DNA from: Convolutriloba macropyga
Lineage: Eukaryota
Assembly: GCF_964194025.1 (NCBI RefSeq)
Contig: NC_134473.1
Span: forward strand, 63,674,001 to 63,738,000
Direction: 5' to 3'
DNA length: 64,000 nucleotides
The translations under genes and the position numbers were made by a program. Below, one piece after another: positions 25,001-38,874 of this stretch. Position 1 is the stretch's first letter, and each line of letters begins with the position of its first letter. The notes below the pieces were generated by a model. That model worked only from the letters and a program-made list of their open reading frames with translations, had not been told where the DNA came from and made no database searches.

Positions 25001-26707
25001 ACATTTTCAAGGTCCTCGCTGATGATTTTTGCGTAAATATCTGTTAATGTTGTGTCTCTTGGGGGCTGATTCTTAACGGATTTAGGACCATTGACTAAGA
25101 GTAGTTATTCGGGAGCTGGATATTGCCATCAGCCTGCATTATGTCATATCATTGGCCATAATGAAAAGCTGTTGCTTCAAGTACTTCATGCGCGGGAGCA
25201 TCATCTGCGGATCATGGGTCATCCTGCTTGTGCATGCCGTACAATTCCATACAGTACAACTTAAGCTGACAAACTAGTTCATGGTTCTGTTTAACATTGG
25301 CTTTGACGGGAGTGCGCCAGTTGGAACCCAACCTATGGGCATGCGAACAGCGAATGATAAAAAATATTCGTCGGCTGAAAAGTACTCTAATGAGCGGATC
25401 GCATGGTAGACATCCTGTCCAAGTATTGTCTCAATGTCTCCATAGCTTAACCATACTAAATCTAGGACGGCCAGATGTGGTTAAGTTTCTTGCTTGGACT
25501 TAAAGTCAATTATGTTGGAAATTGCGTTTAATGTTTCCATTGCACAAGGACGCACAGTAAAAGCTTCGAAGTCTTGATCTTTATGAAATGTAAGAGTAAA
25601 TTGGACCACTTTTGAGTCAGTTACCTCTTCTTAATTTATACCGTTGACGATCAATTTTAATGAGGTGTCTTGCAAACCGAGTTTAGCTGCGAGACTATTG
25701 GACACCCAAGAGTTACTGCAAGCGGTATCGCAGAAAACCAATGCTTTGGTAGTTTTTCCAGAAGAATTAGTTACTTCTTATTCTGTCACCTGAAAGAAGA
25801 CTTTGATATCCGTGACAGAAGTCAAAGTGCTCGTTTTGCATGTTTGCAGTTTACCGGAAGATGGTTCACTACTACCCGCACTTGACTTCGAATTTTTGAT
25901 TTTGTTAACTGAGGGTTTAGCTGGAAAAGCCCTTTCAGCTCCCTGAAGCAAGGCGTTATGGGAGCTATCGCAGCCATGTTCTTTATACTTACGGCGACTT
26001 GTGCACTGCCTGAACATAAACTTATTACGCAAACCAGAGAAACAGAGCTTTGCTTTAGCTACAACTTCTGCTCGCTGCGTGTAGTCTTTTCTTTAAATAC
26101 ACGACATTCCCACAGCCGATGGCTGTCATTGCGTACAATGCAGCTCTGGATAGTTATCGTTTCTTCTGATGACTCATTTGATGCGCATTTGCAGCAAAAT
26201 CCTTTGATGCAACTTTGGTCTTTGTTGTTGAAAGTATAGAGTGACCATGACTATTCCATGTTAGGTGATAATTTCTATACGTAAGTTTTGAGAAGCGCAA
26301 CACTCTTTAAATCCGAATCATATGAGAGCAATTTAAAGACCTCAACAAAACCTGAATTGCTTCAAGAACAATTAATGATGTTAACCGGCGTTGAGCCAAA
26401 TTTACGTTCAAAAATTTTTAATGCTTATTCGTACATTGCGCCGCAGTAGGCAAACTCAACAATATGTGTTTTAGTTTTTTCAGTTACGGGGGTATTGGGG
26501 TAAGTCAATTTTAAATCATCAGTTAAAGACTTAGGGTCAATTGCACTTCATGCGTTGACCATATCATTCGTGCCACTGTAAGGGGCCCCCACAGTATTGT
26601 GACAACTTCAGTTCGGGTAGCATGTCAATCCTCTTGCTGGTAATTGCGTCAGCCATTATTTTAACAAATGTTCCGTTTTCCGCTGCTGGCACCGGTGGTG
26701 TGGCACG

Positions 26708-26722
26708 CGAGTCTCGGCACCA
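26708..26722 (-). other. Primer-binding site, tRNA-His type
   Basis: TGGTGCCGAGACTCG just after the 5' LTR; one mismatch to TGGTGCCGTGACTCG, the complement of the eukaryotic tRNA-His 3' end. Confidence 0.7.
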
Positions 26723-26723
26723 A

Positions 26724-27127
26724 TATAAAGTTGTAAATGAACACTCTTTCGTTGTAGATTCAACTCTATCCTTTTTTGTATTAAGTAGGAAACGATCATA
26801 GTATTGGTAAAGATCTAGCCGACAAATGTTTTAGACGGCAAATTTTTTGTTCATTTGACTGTTATCAGTTTTTTATAATTGAGATCAAAGCCGGTCACCT
26901 TTCTGCAACGATGAATTCAAAAAACCGAAAATTATTGAGCCGAATTTTTTCTTATATGATAGGTCTTATGTTTAGATTTACTTCAAATTGTGTCAAACTT
27001 TTTCGAAAATTTGTAAGTATATTAGAACGTTTTTAATTCAATCAGAATGATATCTATGCGTATTTAAAATACTTGAATCTTATTGGCTGATAATAATCTC
27101 TTGCTTGCATCTATTTACTTAGTTACA
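26724..27127 (-). repeat. 5' LTR of the Bel/Pao element
   Basis: Starts TGTAACTAAG on the minus strand; many substitutions and a deletion of about 45 bp relative to the 3' LTR. Confidence 0.85.
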
Positions 27128-28227
27128 TCTTCCGGCCTAGAAGAAAATGATTTATCCTCATCGGATAATTCAAACAAAATTATCCGCTAATTGTGTGGGT
27201 TTCCGAGCAAAATTCTTATATAATTTCAACACATTGAATCACATTAAACATATAATTACCCGTAGGTTGGCGGCAGAGCAAATCAGCGCTGAATCAGTCT
27301 AGAGACATTCTGTTTTTCTGCATGGCAAGTACTCTGTTCGTGTCCCAATTTACACTGGCTAGTCTTCATTTTTCAGTAAAATTCACAGCATGAAAAAAAG
27401 TATGTTCAGCCTAACTCCCACCAACAAAGTTTGCTTTATATGCAATTTGAATTTCCGCGTGGGTACTTGTAAAAGTTAATTAGCCTAGCAAGTTGTAACT
27501 ACTATATGCTAAATGGGCTTTGAGGTAATTGCCAGCAAACCAGCTTAAATAAAAAGAATTTTTATACAACTATTATAATTAGCATTTATAAGCTACAAAA
27601 GTGTGACATTATTCTGCTGATTTAATATTGGGATGAGCAATTTTCAGACTATAAAGGTTAAATTTAGCCTGTGCGAACTATATGACCTCAATATAATCGA
27701 AATTAAGAAAGACTGCACATAAAGAAACTCAGAAAATCTGGAGATGTAATGTTTCAGAACTGATTTAAGTTCTTACCCTTTAAATGTGGTGGTTCAGAAC
27801 TGAAATTCTCTGAGACTCAAGTCCGGGTGCGTAAGATTGTTATGCTTACATCCGCAGTCAGACAATTTCCTACACATTTTCCAAATTTTTAATGATTATC
27901 TTGCAGTTTCCGTTCATACCTAACACACCAGAGTGAAAAAAGTACTTGTCAAAACATTAAAGCAAATCCTTTTAGTTGTTATCTGGAACTTGTTACTCTG
28001 ACTGCAGACCTTTCCAAATATAAAAAAGAGAGCGAAACATTTTACTTTTCGGCTTGAATTTCTGTACAGTTTTGTGATAATTGCGGTTAATGTTTCGTTA
28101 TATATTATTCAATTCCAGCGTTAAAATGACGATAATCTTGCATACAATTTCCTCAAATTATATAACTTCTCCACTACAAATATGTTGAAAATATATACAT
28201 CTCTCGGTTTGTTCAGAAGCTCAAACC

Positions 28228-30570
28228 TTTAGCCACTAGCTAGCTTCTCCTCGCTTCATCGTCCTCGCATCGTTGTATACGCCATCAGCCACTAGCTGGC
28301 TTCTCCGGGCTTCATCGTCCTAACATCTTCGTATATTCCATCAACCAGCAGCTAGCTTCTCCCTTCATCATCCTCGCGTCGCCGTGAGCGACTAGCTAGC
28401 TTGGGCCCGCTTCATCAAGCTCTCGTCTTTGTATACGCCGTGAGCCAGCATCTAGCTTCTCCTCGCCTCATCATCCTGGCATCTTCGTGTATGCCATCAG
28501 CCACTGGCTACCTTCTCGCTTCATCATCCTCGCATCTCCGTATACGACATCGGCCACCAGCTAGCTTCTCTTCGCGTCACCATCCTCGCATTGTCGTATA
28601 TGCCATCAACCAGCAGCTAGCTTCTCTTCGATTCAACATCATCGCATCTTCGCATACACTGTGAGCCACTAGCTAGCTTCTACCCGTTTCATCATCATGG
28701 CATCTTCGGATACACTATCAACCAAAAATTAGCTTCTCCTTGCTTCATCATCCGCGCATCCTTATATATACCATCAGCCAATAGCTTGTTTATTCCCGTT
28801 TTATCATCCTCGAATTTTCGTTTGCGCCATCAGCCTTTAGGTAGCTTCTCCTCGCGCCATCATCCACGCAGCTTCCTATACGCCATCAGTAACTAGCTAG
28901 CTTCTCCTCGCTTCATCATCTTCGCATCTTTGTATACACTATGAGCCACTAGATGGAATCTCCTAGCTTCATCATCCCCGCATTTTCGTTTGCGCCATCA
29001 GCCACTAGGTAGCTTCTCCTCGCATCATCAAACTCGCATCTACCTATACGCCATCAGCCACTAGCTGGCTTCTCCTGGCTTCATCGTCTTAACATCTTCG
29101 TATATGCCATCTACCACCATCAGCTAGCTTCTGCCCGCTTCATCATCCTCGCGTCTTCGTATACGCTGTGAGCCAGCACCTATCTTCTCCTCGATTCATC
29201 ATCCTGGCATCTTCGTGTATGCCATCAGCCACTGGCTACCATCTCGCTTCATCATCCTCGCATCTCCGTATACGACATCGGCCACCAGCTAGCTTCTCTT
29301 CGCGTCACCATCCTCGCATTGTCGTATATGCCATCAACCAGCAGCTAGCTTCTCTTCGATTCAACATCATCGCATCTTCGCATACACTGTGAGCCACTAG
29401 CTAGCTTCTACCCGTTTCATCATCATGGCATCTTCGGATACACTATCAACCAAAAAATAGCTTCTCCTTGCTTCATCATCCGCGCATCCTTATATATACC
29501 ACCAGCCAATAGCTTGTTTATTCCCGTTTTATCATCCTCGAATTTTCGTTTGCGCCATCAGCCTTTAGGTAGCTTCTCCTCGCGCCATCATCCACGCCGC
29601 TTCCTATACGTCATCAGTAACTAGCTAGCTTCTCCTCGCTTCATCATCTTCGCATCTTTGTATACACTGTGAGCCACTAGATAGAATCTCCTAGCTTCAT
29701 CATCCTCGCATTTTCGTTTGCGCCATCAGCCACTAGGTAGCTTCTCCTCGCATCATCAAACTCGCATCTACCTATACGCCATCAGCCACTAGCTGGCTTC
29801 TCCTGGCTTCATCGTCTTAACATCTTCGTATATGCCATCAACCACCAGCAGCTAGCTTCTGCCCGCTTCATCATCCTCGCGCCTTCGTATACGCTGTGAG
29901 CCAGCACCTATCTCCTCTTCGATTCATCATCCTCGCATCTTTGTATATGTCATCAGCTGCTGGATAACTTCTCCTCGCTCCATCATCCTCGCATCTCCGT
30001 ATACACCATCGTCAACTAGCTAGCTTCTCTTCGTTTAATCATCCCCTCATCATCGTATATGCCATCAACCAGCAGCTAGCATCTTCGCATACGCCGTAAG
30101 CGATTAGCCAGCTTTTACCCGCTTCATCGTCATGGCACTTTCGGATACACTATCAGCCACAAAATAGCTTCATCATCCTTGCATCCTTATATACATCATC
30201 AACCCCTAGCTTGTTTCATTTCGCTTCATCATCCCCGAATTTTCTTTTGCACCATCAACCACTAGGTAGCTTTTCCTCGCTTCATCATCTTCGCATACAC
30301 TGTAAGCCACTAGATAGAATCCCCTAGTTTCATCATCCTCGCATTTTCGTTTGTGCCATCAGCCACAAGGTAGATTCTCCTCGCGTCATCATCTTCCTAT
30401 ACGCCATCAGCCACTAGCTGGCTTCTCGCTTCATCATCATCGCATTTTCGTTCGGGCCATCAGCCACTAGAGGTAGCTTCTTCTCGCGTCATCATCCTGG
30501 CATCTTCGTATACGCCATCAGTCACTAGCTAGCTTCTCCTCGTTTCATCACCCTCGCATCTTCGTACGCA
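28228..30570. repeat. Satellite 1: 56-bp monomer with a 13-mer (728-bp) higher-order repeat
   Basis: Consensus ATCAGCCACTAGCTAGCTTCTCCTCGCTTCATCATCCTCGCATCTTCGTATACGCC; variant GTGAGCCAGCA recurs at 28440, 29168 and 29896. Confidence 0.95.
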
Positions 30571-30574
30571 ACTT

Positions 30575-31426
30575 CCTTTGACGAATTAACCCCTGACTAA
30601 AATTGCTATAGAAGAGTGGGCTGCAACGGGCTGCAATGGGAGGACTTTTGAGGAATTACCCCCCCTGACTAAAATTGGCCAAATTGCCATGTAAGAGTGG
30701 GCTGCAATGGGCCGCAACGGGAGGACTTTTGAGGAATTACCCCCCAGACTAAAGCTCACAGGTAAGAGTGGGCTGCAATGGGAGGACTTTTGAGGAACTA
30801 ACCCCTGACTAAAATTGCCATGTAAGTGTGGGCTGCAATGGGAGGACTGTCGAGGAATTACCTCCCCTGGCTAAAATAGCCATGTAAAAGTGGGCTGCAA
30901 TGGGAGGATTTTTGGGGAATTACCTTCCCTGACAGAACAGAAATTGACATGTAAGAGGGCTGAAATGGGCAGCAATGGGAGGATTTTTGAGGAATTACCC
31001 CCTGACTGAAAATTCCATATAAGGGAGAGCTGCAATGGGAGGACTGTCGAGGATTTACCCCCAGACTAAAGCTCACAGGTAAGAGTGGGCTGCAATGGGA
31101 GGATTTTTGAGGAATTACCCCCCCCCCCCTGACTCAAATTTCTATGTAAGAGAGAGCTGCAATGGGAGGATTGTCGAGGAATTACCTCCCCTGGCTAAAA
31201 TAGCCATGTAAAAGTGGGCTGCAATGGGAGGATTTTTGGGGAATTACCTTCCCTGACAGAACAGAAATTGCCATGTAAGAGGGCTGAAATGGACAGCAAT
31301 GGGAGGACTTTTGAGGAATTACCCCCTGACTGAAAATTCCATATAAGGGAGAGCTGCAATGGGAGGAGTGTCGAGGAATTACCTCCTCTGGCTAAAATAG
31401 CCATGTAAGAGTTGGCTGCAATGGGA
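30575..31426. repeat. Satellite 2: monomer of about 60 bp with a 5-mer (about 324-bp) higher-order repeat
   Basis: TTTGAGGAATTACCCCCTGACTAAAATTGCCATGTAAGAGTGGGCTGCAATGGGAGGACT; matching variant runs begin at 30849 and 31173. Confidence 0.92.
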
Positions 31427-31429
31427 CCA

Positions 31430-31756
31430 AAAATGTAAAATGGTGTCAGGGTGAGGGGGTAATTTATTCAGAGGCGGAAAAAGATGTAAGAATTCGGCTG
31501 CCAAAGGGAGGGGGGTAAAATGGTGTAAGAGCAAGGGGTTATTTGTTCAGCGGGGTTAAAAAGAGGTAAGAGCTGCGCTGCCAAGGGGGTAAAAAAGTGT
31601 AAGGGTGAGGGGGTAACTTGTTCAGAGGGGGTAAATTGAAGTAAAAGTTGGGCTGCCAAGGGGGTTAAAGTGGTGTATGAGTGGGGGGATAATTTGTTAA
31701 GAGGGGTTAAAATGATGTAAGAGTTGAGCTGCCAAAGGGGATAAAATGGTGTAAGC
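31430..31756. repeat. Satellite 3: degenerate units of about 75 bp
   Basis: About four copies of GGGGTAATTTGTTCAGAGGGG..AAAAGATGTAAGAGTTGGGCTGCCAAGGGGG.AAAATGGTGTAAG. Confidence 0.8.
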
Positions 31757-34700
31757 GACTGCAGCATGACACGCGCTCTAGATGGTTGCAAAAAAGAGCA
31801 CCCACTCAGTTTATTCCACTGCCTGAGACCAAAGTATGATCAAAAGCATACGAGTTGATTTTTTTCCAGTGCCGCGGAAGCAATGAAATATTATACATAG
31901 CAATAAATATAGGAGCAATTTTTATCGAAATTAAAAGATTGAATCTTATTTTTTTAACTGTTCAAAATTGCATCTCCTGCACTCTTCCCTTTCGCATACA
32001 CCTGCACCCTTCGTAAATAAACTTGAATAATAATTTGAAACTTGAAGTTCTGATGCGACCTTCACATCATATCTTACAAGTCAGATACGTTTTACAAGTG
32101 ACATTAACTATACTTACCAGCAAATATACCTATCAGTTGGTTGCTTTATTTTAATATGTTTTAACTGTTTCTATTGTCACAAGTATTTGAATAATTTTTA
32201 ACCTTTTCGAAAAATGAAACACCTTCTTGTATTTCCAAATTTCTACCATGAAAAAACTTGACTACACAAAGAAACAGTTATTTTTATTTCTTCTCACAAA
32301 CAAAATTTTGAAAGTATCAAGGAGAATAAAATCTATCTGCAAATTGAGAGTAAACTAGGTTTGTATATACCATTTAATTTATTAGAAATAGTACGCCAAG
32401 ATCTACCGAAGTGGGGTGGGGTAGTTCTAAATAAAAAGAAACTGCTAGCCTTGAATATTGACCGGCCCATTGTTATCAAGAAAGAAATGACACTAGACTA
32501 ACCAATTATTAAGTTTCGAGACATCATTTCGTGATTCTGCGGATAAATAATGCCCAATTTCTCGAAAGCTCAGCAACATTAAATTGAATCTTTAAATTGA
32601 ATCTTTAAATTGAATCTTTATCTTGGGTGGAAAAGTACTGATGAGCAGATCTAAGAAAACTACTGTGCACGGGTGGTAATGTATTAATTATTTATGCTTT
32701 GAAAACCTTTTTTTACGGTGAAATTGAAAACGAAACCGCTGTCTACTAGCTCACTTTAAATGAGCCAGATAATGGGTCATGTGATCGGGGGAGCTCTGTC
32801 TCAATCACTAATTTTAAATGAGCGTTAAACTAAAATTTAACCAAACAAATGACTAAAGCCAACTTAAAACTTAAGAATTCCCCAAATTTCATTTCGAAAA
32901 TGGATAGTTTATCAGTTAAAGTTGTGGATTACAAAATTGAAAATTTATTCCATTATAAGAACAGACTATAGTTTTAATGCTTGATTACGACAAAAAGCCA
33001 AGAGTATTTTAAATAGTTCCCCAACGAATGCAACAATTTCATAATGTTTTTGAACACTATATAAGAACAAAATATATAAGAATTCTTCACAAACACAGCA
33101 AAATAATGTAGGATATCTTTGTGTTGCATGTATGGAACCGTTTTTGGTTCTTAGGTATAATGCTAAAAAAGCCACAATTGGTAACAGACTCTGGTCGATA
33201 ACAAGAAAGGCCTCATAATAGTCTGCTTGAAAACAACGCCAGCAGCACGAATTCGTGGAAATTTGTACTGTATTGTAAGTAAAGATCACATGCTATGTTT
33301 CTACATGTGTTCTTAATTACCTTTGTGAAATGCGCTTACGTTCGCGACTTTGAGAGAAATAACGACTTCAGCAGCGAGAAAACGTAAGTGTAATTCAAAC
33401 GAGTAAAATTTGAAATAATATTTGTAAGTTTGCATGAATAACTAGAGCGAGAATCCTTTGATTGGAAAAAAAACTAACAAAATATTGCGAGCATAATTCA
33501 CAAACTTGTAAGTGTAATACACAGACAGACCCTTTAGAGTACTTGTTGAGCCGTGTACAAAATCGTCGTCAATTAGACTATGATGCTTCAAGTTTTTGAA
33601 AACCATTTTTTATTATGCATGTTTTTATATTTCATGTTCTTAAGTTTACGCCCGATATTTCGAAAATGAAAATTTGCAGAAGCTACTCGTTTCAGTTCAT
33701 TTTTCCTGTAATTATTATATGCGCATTTTTTAAAGTGCTAAGCTACAAAAAAATAACCAATTTGTGATTTATACAATGCTTGAAAAATATTGTAATTAAT
33801 TCAATGCTTATCAAAAAACGATAGACGAATGTGCGGTAGTGCGGCAAAAGGCATTTTGAAAAAGATGGTTTTGCTTGGCTTGTTAAAACCGGAATCTGTT
33901 AATAAATGTCACGCAGCAATTTTAATCTATGTAAATCATTTAAATTCATTATTCGCAGGGAGTGGTTTCTACAATTTATACTGAACACCAGAAATAAGTT
34001 GGCGCCCTAGTTTTTTTGAAGTAAGAATTCAATTTTCGAAACTAAATGAATGAATTATTAATCGTTCCTTCAAAAATTTAATATCGCCATATTTAATGTT
34101 GCTTCGTTTCCTGACTTTGCTTTTCGATGAACATCAACTTTTTGAGGTCTAATTGCTCAAATGGCTTGTGCTTTTTGATGTGTCGGATCAACTTGCTAAT
34201 TTTTAATTGCGTTTTGACTTATAGAGAAGTATTAAGTATGAGTAAGAGTATGAACTTTGACGCCCGAGGGAATGAGTGTCCTGACACGAAGGTTAATGCC
34301 AAGCCCAATGTGACTAAGATTTATGATGTAAATTGCTTAGAGACCCCAAAGCACGCACGTGAAACAGTACGTGCTATATGAACTTGCTAATTTTTTGGCC
34401 CTTTTGTTAATTTTGTGGCCTTAACTACATTAGCATTCATTGTTTTTAAAATAAGAAATGAAGAAATAGTTGTTGGAAATAGGGAGATTACCCTAGAAAT
34501 TTTGATATAGATTAGGAAATTTTGATCGCGCAATTTGTCGACTGAGGTGCTAGTTGAACAGACACCACTTTTATAACACTCGTATACAAAAACGGGTATC
34601 TAATTTTCCTCAATTTGCAAACTCTTGACACAACTTGCTGTATTTTTACCCCAAGCTTCTCAGAATAAGTTACACCATAATTTTTTTCTCCCGGGGATTC

Positions 34701-37700
34701 GTACCAAGTATTCGGGAGCAATCATCCTCAACTCAGGGCAGTAAGTCACTCGGGCCGATAAAATGTATGTTCTAGCATATGGGTAGAGAATCAACAGGGT
34801 AAACAAATGAGGCACTTGACAAAGAGACAAGTCAGATTTTGGTAGTGCAAAATAGCTCGCAAAAAACACACTAAAGGACGCTACTGAATAAGGCAAAAAA
34901 CTTGGGCGATTGAGCAGTAAAGTTATTAAAGCCTTTCTCCTTTGTTTTTCATGACTTAAATATAATCTAATTGACTAAGTTGAGCACTAACCTCAAGATT
35001 TTTCTTCCTACCTATTTTTTTGCTTAATTTTAACAGCTGTTTCAACGCATACAAAAACAGCTACACTTGATAAAAAAGCTTTGTTGCTTTCTACTTTTGT
35101 TGCTTTTGACTGACTAGTACAAATTAGAATACTGCTTTCAACAAGCGTTTTTAATTGTTTCACCTAGCCGTCGTCTTCAATTTTCTAATAACTGAACATG
35201 TCAAGAAACAGTGGTCTAACAAACACTTACCTAAAATTTTTGTGTATATTAGACTCCCGATTTTGGCCCTATCCATTAATTAATTAATTGAGATGAGGCA
35301 AAAGACCGAGTGAAACCATCAATAACGTGTGTCGAAAGCAGCCCAAGTTGAGGTCCCAGACCGAAAGTGTCTATGTCCAGACTTTCATGCGCGTCCAGAC
35401 TTTTTGCGTTCACCACTTTCGTGCGTTCATCAGACCATTTGTGCGTTTATGTCCAGAATTTTGTGCGTTTTTCTTTGTTTCCAGACTATAAAAATTCGAA
35501 CTCACGACACCCCGTGCGCTTATCTGGGTCTGGCTTTCGGTCTGGGACCTGAACTTGGCATTAGTCAAATTTCCAATAGTTAATCAAAGTAGTGTCCAAA
35601 ACAACAGTGCTTATTTTTACAAGTGTGCTCGTTTTTTGCTTATTGCAATAATGTAGCCAGCTGTTTTACGAACAAAACTGCTCATTGACAATATAAACAT
35701 TATGCCAACTGTCCCGTAGTACAACCTGATATTCGACGTAATAGCCCGTATCATAGGGCAGTTGACATAGCAGTCAGCAGTTGACATAGCAGTCATGTAA
35801 TTTTCGGTTTTGCTGATAGTACTCATCGGAAATGTGATGTAATAGTGCTTTTACGGATAATGGGAATCATTGTTAGTATTATAATGGTCACGGTATTGCT
35901 CACGGCGGTGCTGCGAATTGACTCAAAAATCAAGTATGTGTTTTCAGCCAAATTAACCAACCTTTGTGATTAATTGGTTAAAGTAAAGTCGGACCGTCGA
36001 CTGAAGGCATCAAAATATAAAGAAAAAAACAGCAGAGGTCCGGACCTGCAAGTCAAAAAATTTTGATTAACTAAGTATAGGTCATAACAAAATCTTTGTC
36101 ACCAGAAGGACTTAGTGCCCTGACACGAAGGCGCTTGCTTCCGAGTGCTGGACACGACCCCCGATTGGGACTAAGATTTTGTTCTAACGTATTTAGAGAA
36201 CCAAAGGTTCGAAAGTGTTGAATATCATTTGAACTTGAACTTAAAGAGTACAATTTTGCAGATTAGTGGAAAAGTTTTCTTAAAAATATACAGGAGTTGA
36301 AATAAACCTAATGTCTCCGTCTTCGATGGCGCAGCAGCCGATTATTTACACTGATTGGATTCATGCCTCAAAAATTTGATTTCTAACTATGACTAATGTT
36401 TTTGCCCTAAACTTAGTTTTCTAAATTAGGATAATAAAGTTAGGGCAAAAAATTTGACTTTTACCTCTTTAAGTCTAAGTCCAGTCTTCCAAACTAAGCT
36501 CTCTGCCTCAAAGTTTTAGTGACCGCTGAAATCGTACTCTGGATTCTCTAAAGAAATAACTGTCCCAAGATTGGACTTTGAATTGATTTGAAAAATCCGA
36601 TGAAAAACAAAAGCCCCCCCCCCGCGCGAGAAACCGAATTTTTGTTAAAGCATCGTTTTATCAATTCTGAATTTTGTTTCTAGTTTAAAGGCTGATCTGG
36701 TTGAAAAATCTAAAGATCAATAATTACGAGACTGTGTTGTAGTGCCATCTTTGTTGACGAAAAATGTGAACGCATAGGTGTTTATTTGAACTTTTTGAGT
36801 TCATAGCCAGTTGATCAAATTAAAGTTAATAGCAACCGGGAAATCAAGACACGCATGAGCTTTTTATAAAAAATGAGGTAGCTTTTAAAACCGAAAAAAA
36901 TTAATAGTACGAAGAGACACTTGAAAGTTTGGTTCAAAGGAGTACATTTTATTGACGAGAAAACATTAAGAAAGAAAAAAACACTATTATGAAGAAAGTT
37001 GACCAGCCATTAATGTAAATAATGAGTACTTAAATTCACGTCATGTATCTAAAACATTTGACATCTCTTCGATTTTTATTTCCTAAAATGGGGTTTTTCC
37101 AATGCAATAATCTAAGCGATAGATTTTTGTTAAGATGTTAAGATGCAATTAGAAACCAAGAAAAATTAAACTAGATTAAACCAAGAAAGATTAAACTATT
37201 GCAAAGATTTTCTAATAGTCACATTGTCCTTCGAACTTTCAATGATCAATTTATCTCATTCGGAGAAATGCTTTCTGGTATTTTAGGTAAAAATTTTACA
37301 AAAACACTCCCCAAAAGTATTCGACCGAGCAGATATAATTTTGTTAGTGAAATGACAGAAAAAGCTGGCAAATTTAAGTGGACACAATTAATAAAAACAA
37401 CAGTCAGTATTAAAGTGATATTTTTTCAAAATCAAATCTTGTCAAAATGTGCTTTTCGTCATCGCCAAAATATCACTTACAAAAAAGGGCGAGGAAGAAC
37501 TGGCAATAGCTATGTGAAGCACTGACAATAGCCAATGAAACGATACACTGGTTAATATTGTATATACTATAAGTAAAATATGAACACAACAAGTTTAATT
37601 AAGGGGACAATTAAATCTTGCAGTAAATGAGATATTCTGAATCAGCAGCAGATATTTTTTCCCAAAGCTCTCTTTAATAGATTTATATGCATTCTCTAAC

Positions 37701-38874
37701 TGGCATATTTTTTCAAAAAGCTTTAATTTTGGAGAAACAAAACGCAAAAAACTTTGAAAAATATCTGTTCTCTTGATTTAATCTGTTTGATCAATCAAAT
37801 CCAGGTGTGAAGACAAAAACATTTGCAATTGTAGAATAATAGGAGACTATCAATCAACTGAAAACGAGGCTTTCAATGGACAAGTTCAAAATCTGTTTTA
37901 AAATTTGAATTTTTTCTATTAAAGTTTTTCTCTTTAATTTAGAAAAACGATCTGAAAAGTTAACCAATACTTTTGCAAATTTTCAACAAGAAAGTTTTGT
38001 GTAAAATTTTTTTTTATCTGAAGTTCATTTAATTACCTTTGCATTAGTAAACTTCTACAGATACTAATTCGTAGACAACTTTAAAGCTGAAATCGTCCCT
38101 TGAAGCAATTCAAAGCACTTAAAACTTTGAGTTTTGAATCTAAAGGATCATCCAAATTAAATTTAGGAGGCTGTCATTGCAGGCTGTCTTTGACGAGTTT
38201 GCCGAAACCTGAGTACGATTTTTGTTAATTTTCCTCGCAGTAACAAAATTTCATGAAAACGCAATAATAGTTTTCCAGTTCGAGTTTGTCTATTACTGTA
38301 AATTTTGCCATCAAAAGAAATCGAATCAAATTAACTGCAAAAAATTACCAAAACTTGAAGGTAACAAGTTGAGATACTTTCCGTCAGCATTGTTTCACAA
38401 TATTTTTTCAAATCCATAATTTGATTGGAGTGGAAAACAAAAAAGCCCAGCTTCTATAATTGGTTTTTGTGTTGAGTCCAATTATTTGACACTATTACTT
38501 AAATAAACAGCTAAACTTAATACCACAACACAGCTGAACTTAATTCTATAGCAGGATTATTTGGAAAAATCGATGATCTGAAAAAAAGCCAGAAAAACCG
38601 CAACAATTCTTAAGAAGCTCCCGTGAATCTATCAAGTTTTTGAAAAGCAGTCTCAAGCAATGCCCTTTTCTTAAAAGAAGACGAAGTCTTTGTCAGCAAC
38701 CCATGCACAGAAAACTATTCAAGCAGAAAACTTATTAGCAGCAACAGATCGTTCTACATCTTAATGTGACGAGTTACCAATTCTTAAGTTAATAGAGGTT
38801 ATCACCTGACATAAGATCATCACGTTATCAACTCATGTCAAATCTCGAGTTAGTGGTGCAGCACCAGAAACACA

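Larger units (their letters stand above)
21553..27127 (-). mobile_element. Decayed Bel/Pao LTR retrotransposon
   Basis: Frameshifted fragments: RT (GKVRRV..AAQFHGTSLNESLL..PDLL..ADI..LRFLWR), RNase H/peptidase A17 region (MTVPKLELQA, WNHV..DNPAD), integrase (TGVDYFG, LNARPLT), gag Cys/His knuckles near 25950-26150; direct terminal repeats at both ends. Confidence 0.92.

Noticed and set aside
28228-31756. CRISPR-like array or repetitive protein ORFs
   Set aside because: Monomers are contiguous with no unique spacers, there are no cas genes and the context is eukaryotic. A 56-bp unit does not preserve frame, so the short ORFs are by-products.
32966-35826. Short ORFs 32966-33289 and 35617-35826 as exons
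   Set aside because: No recognisable motifs and no phase-consistent splice partners found.
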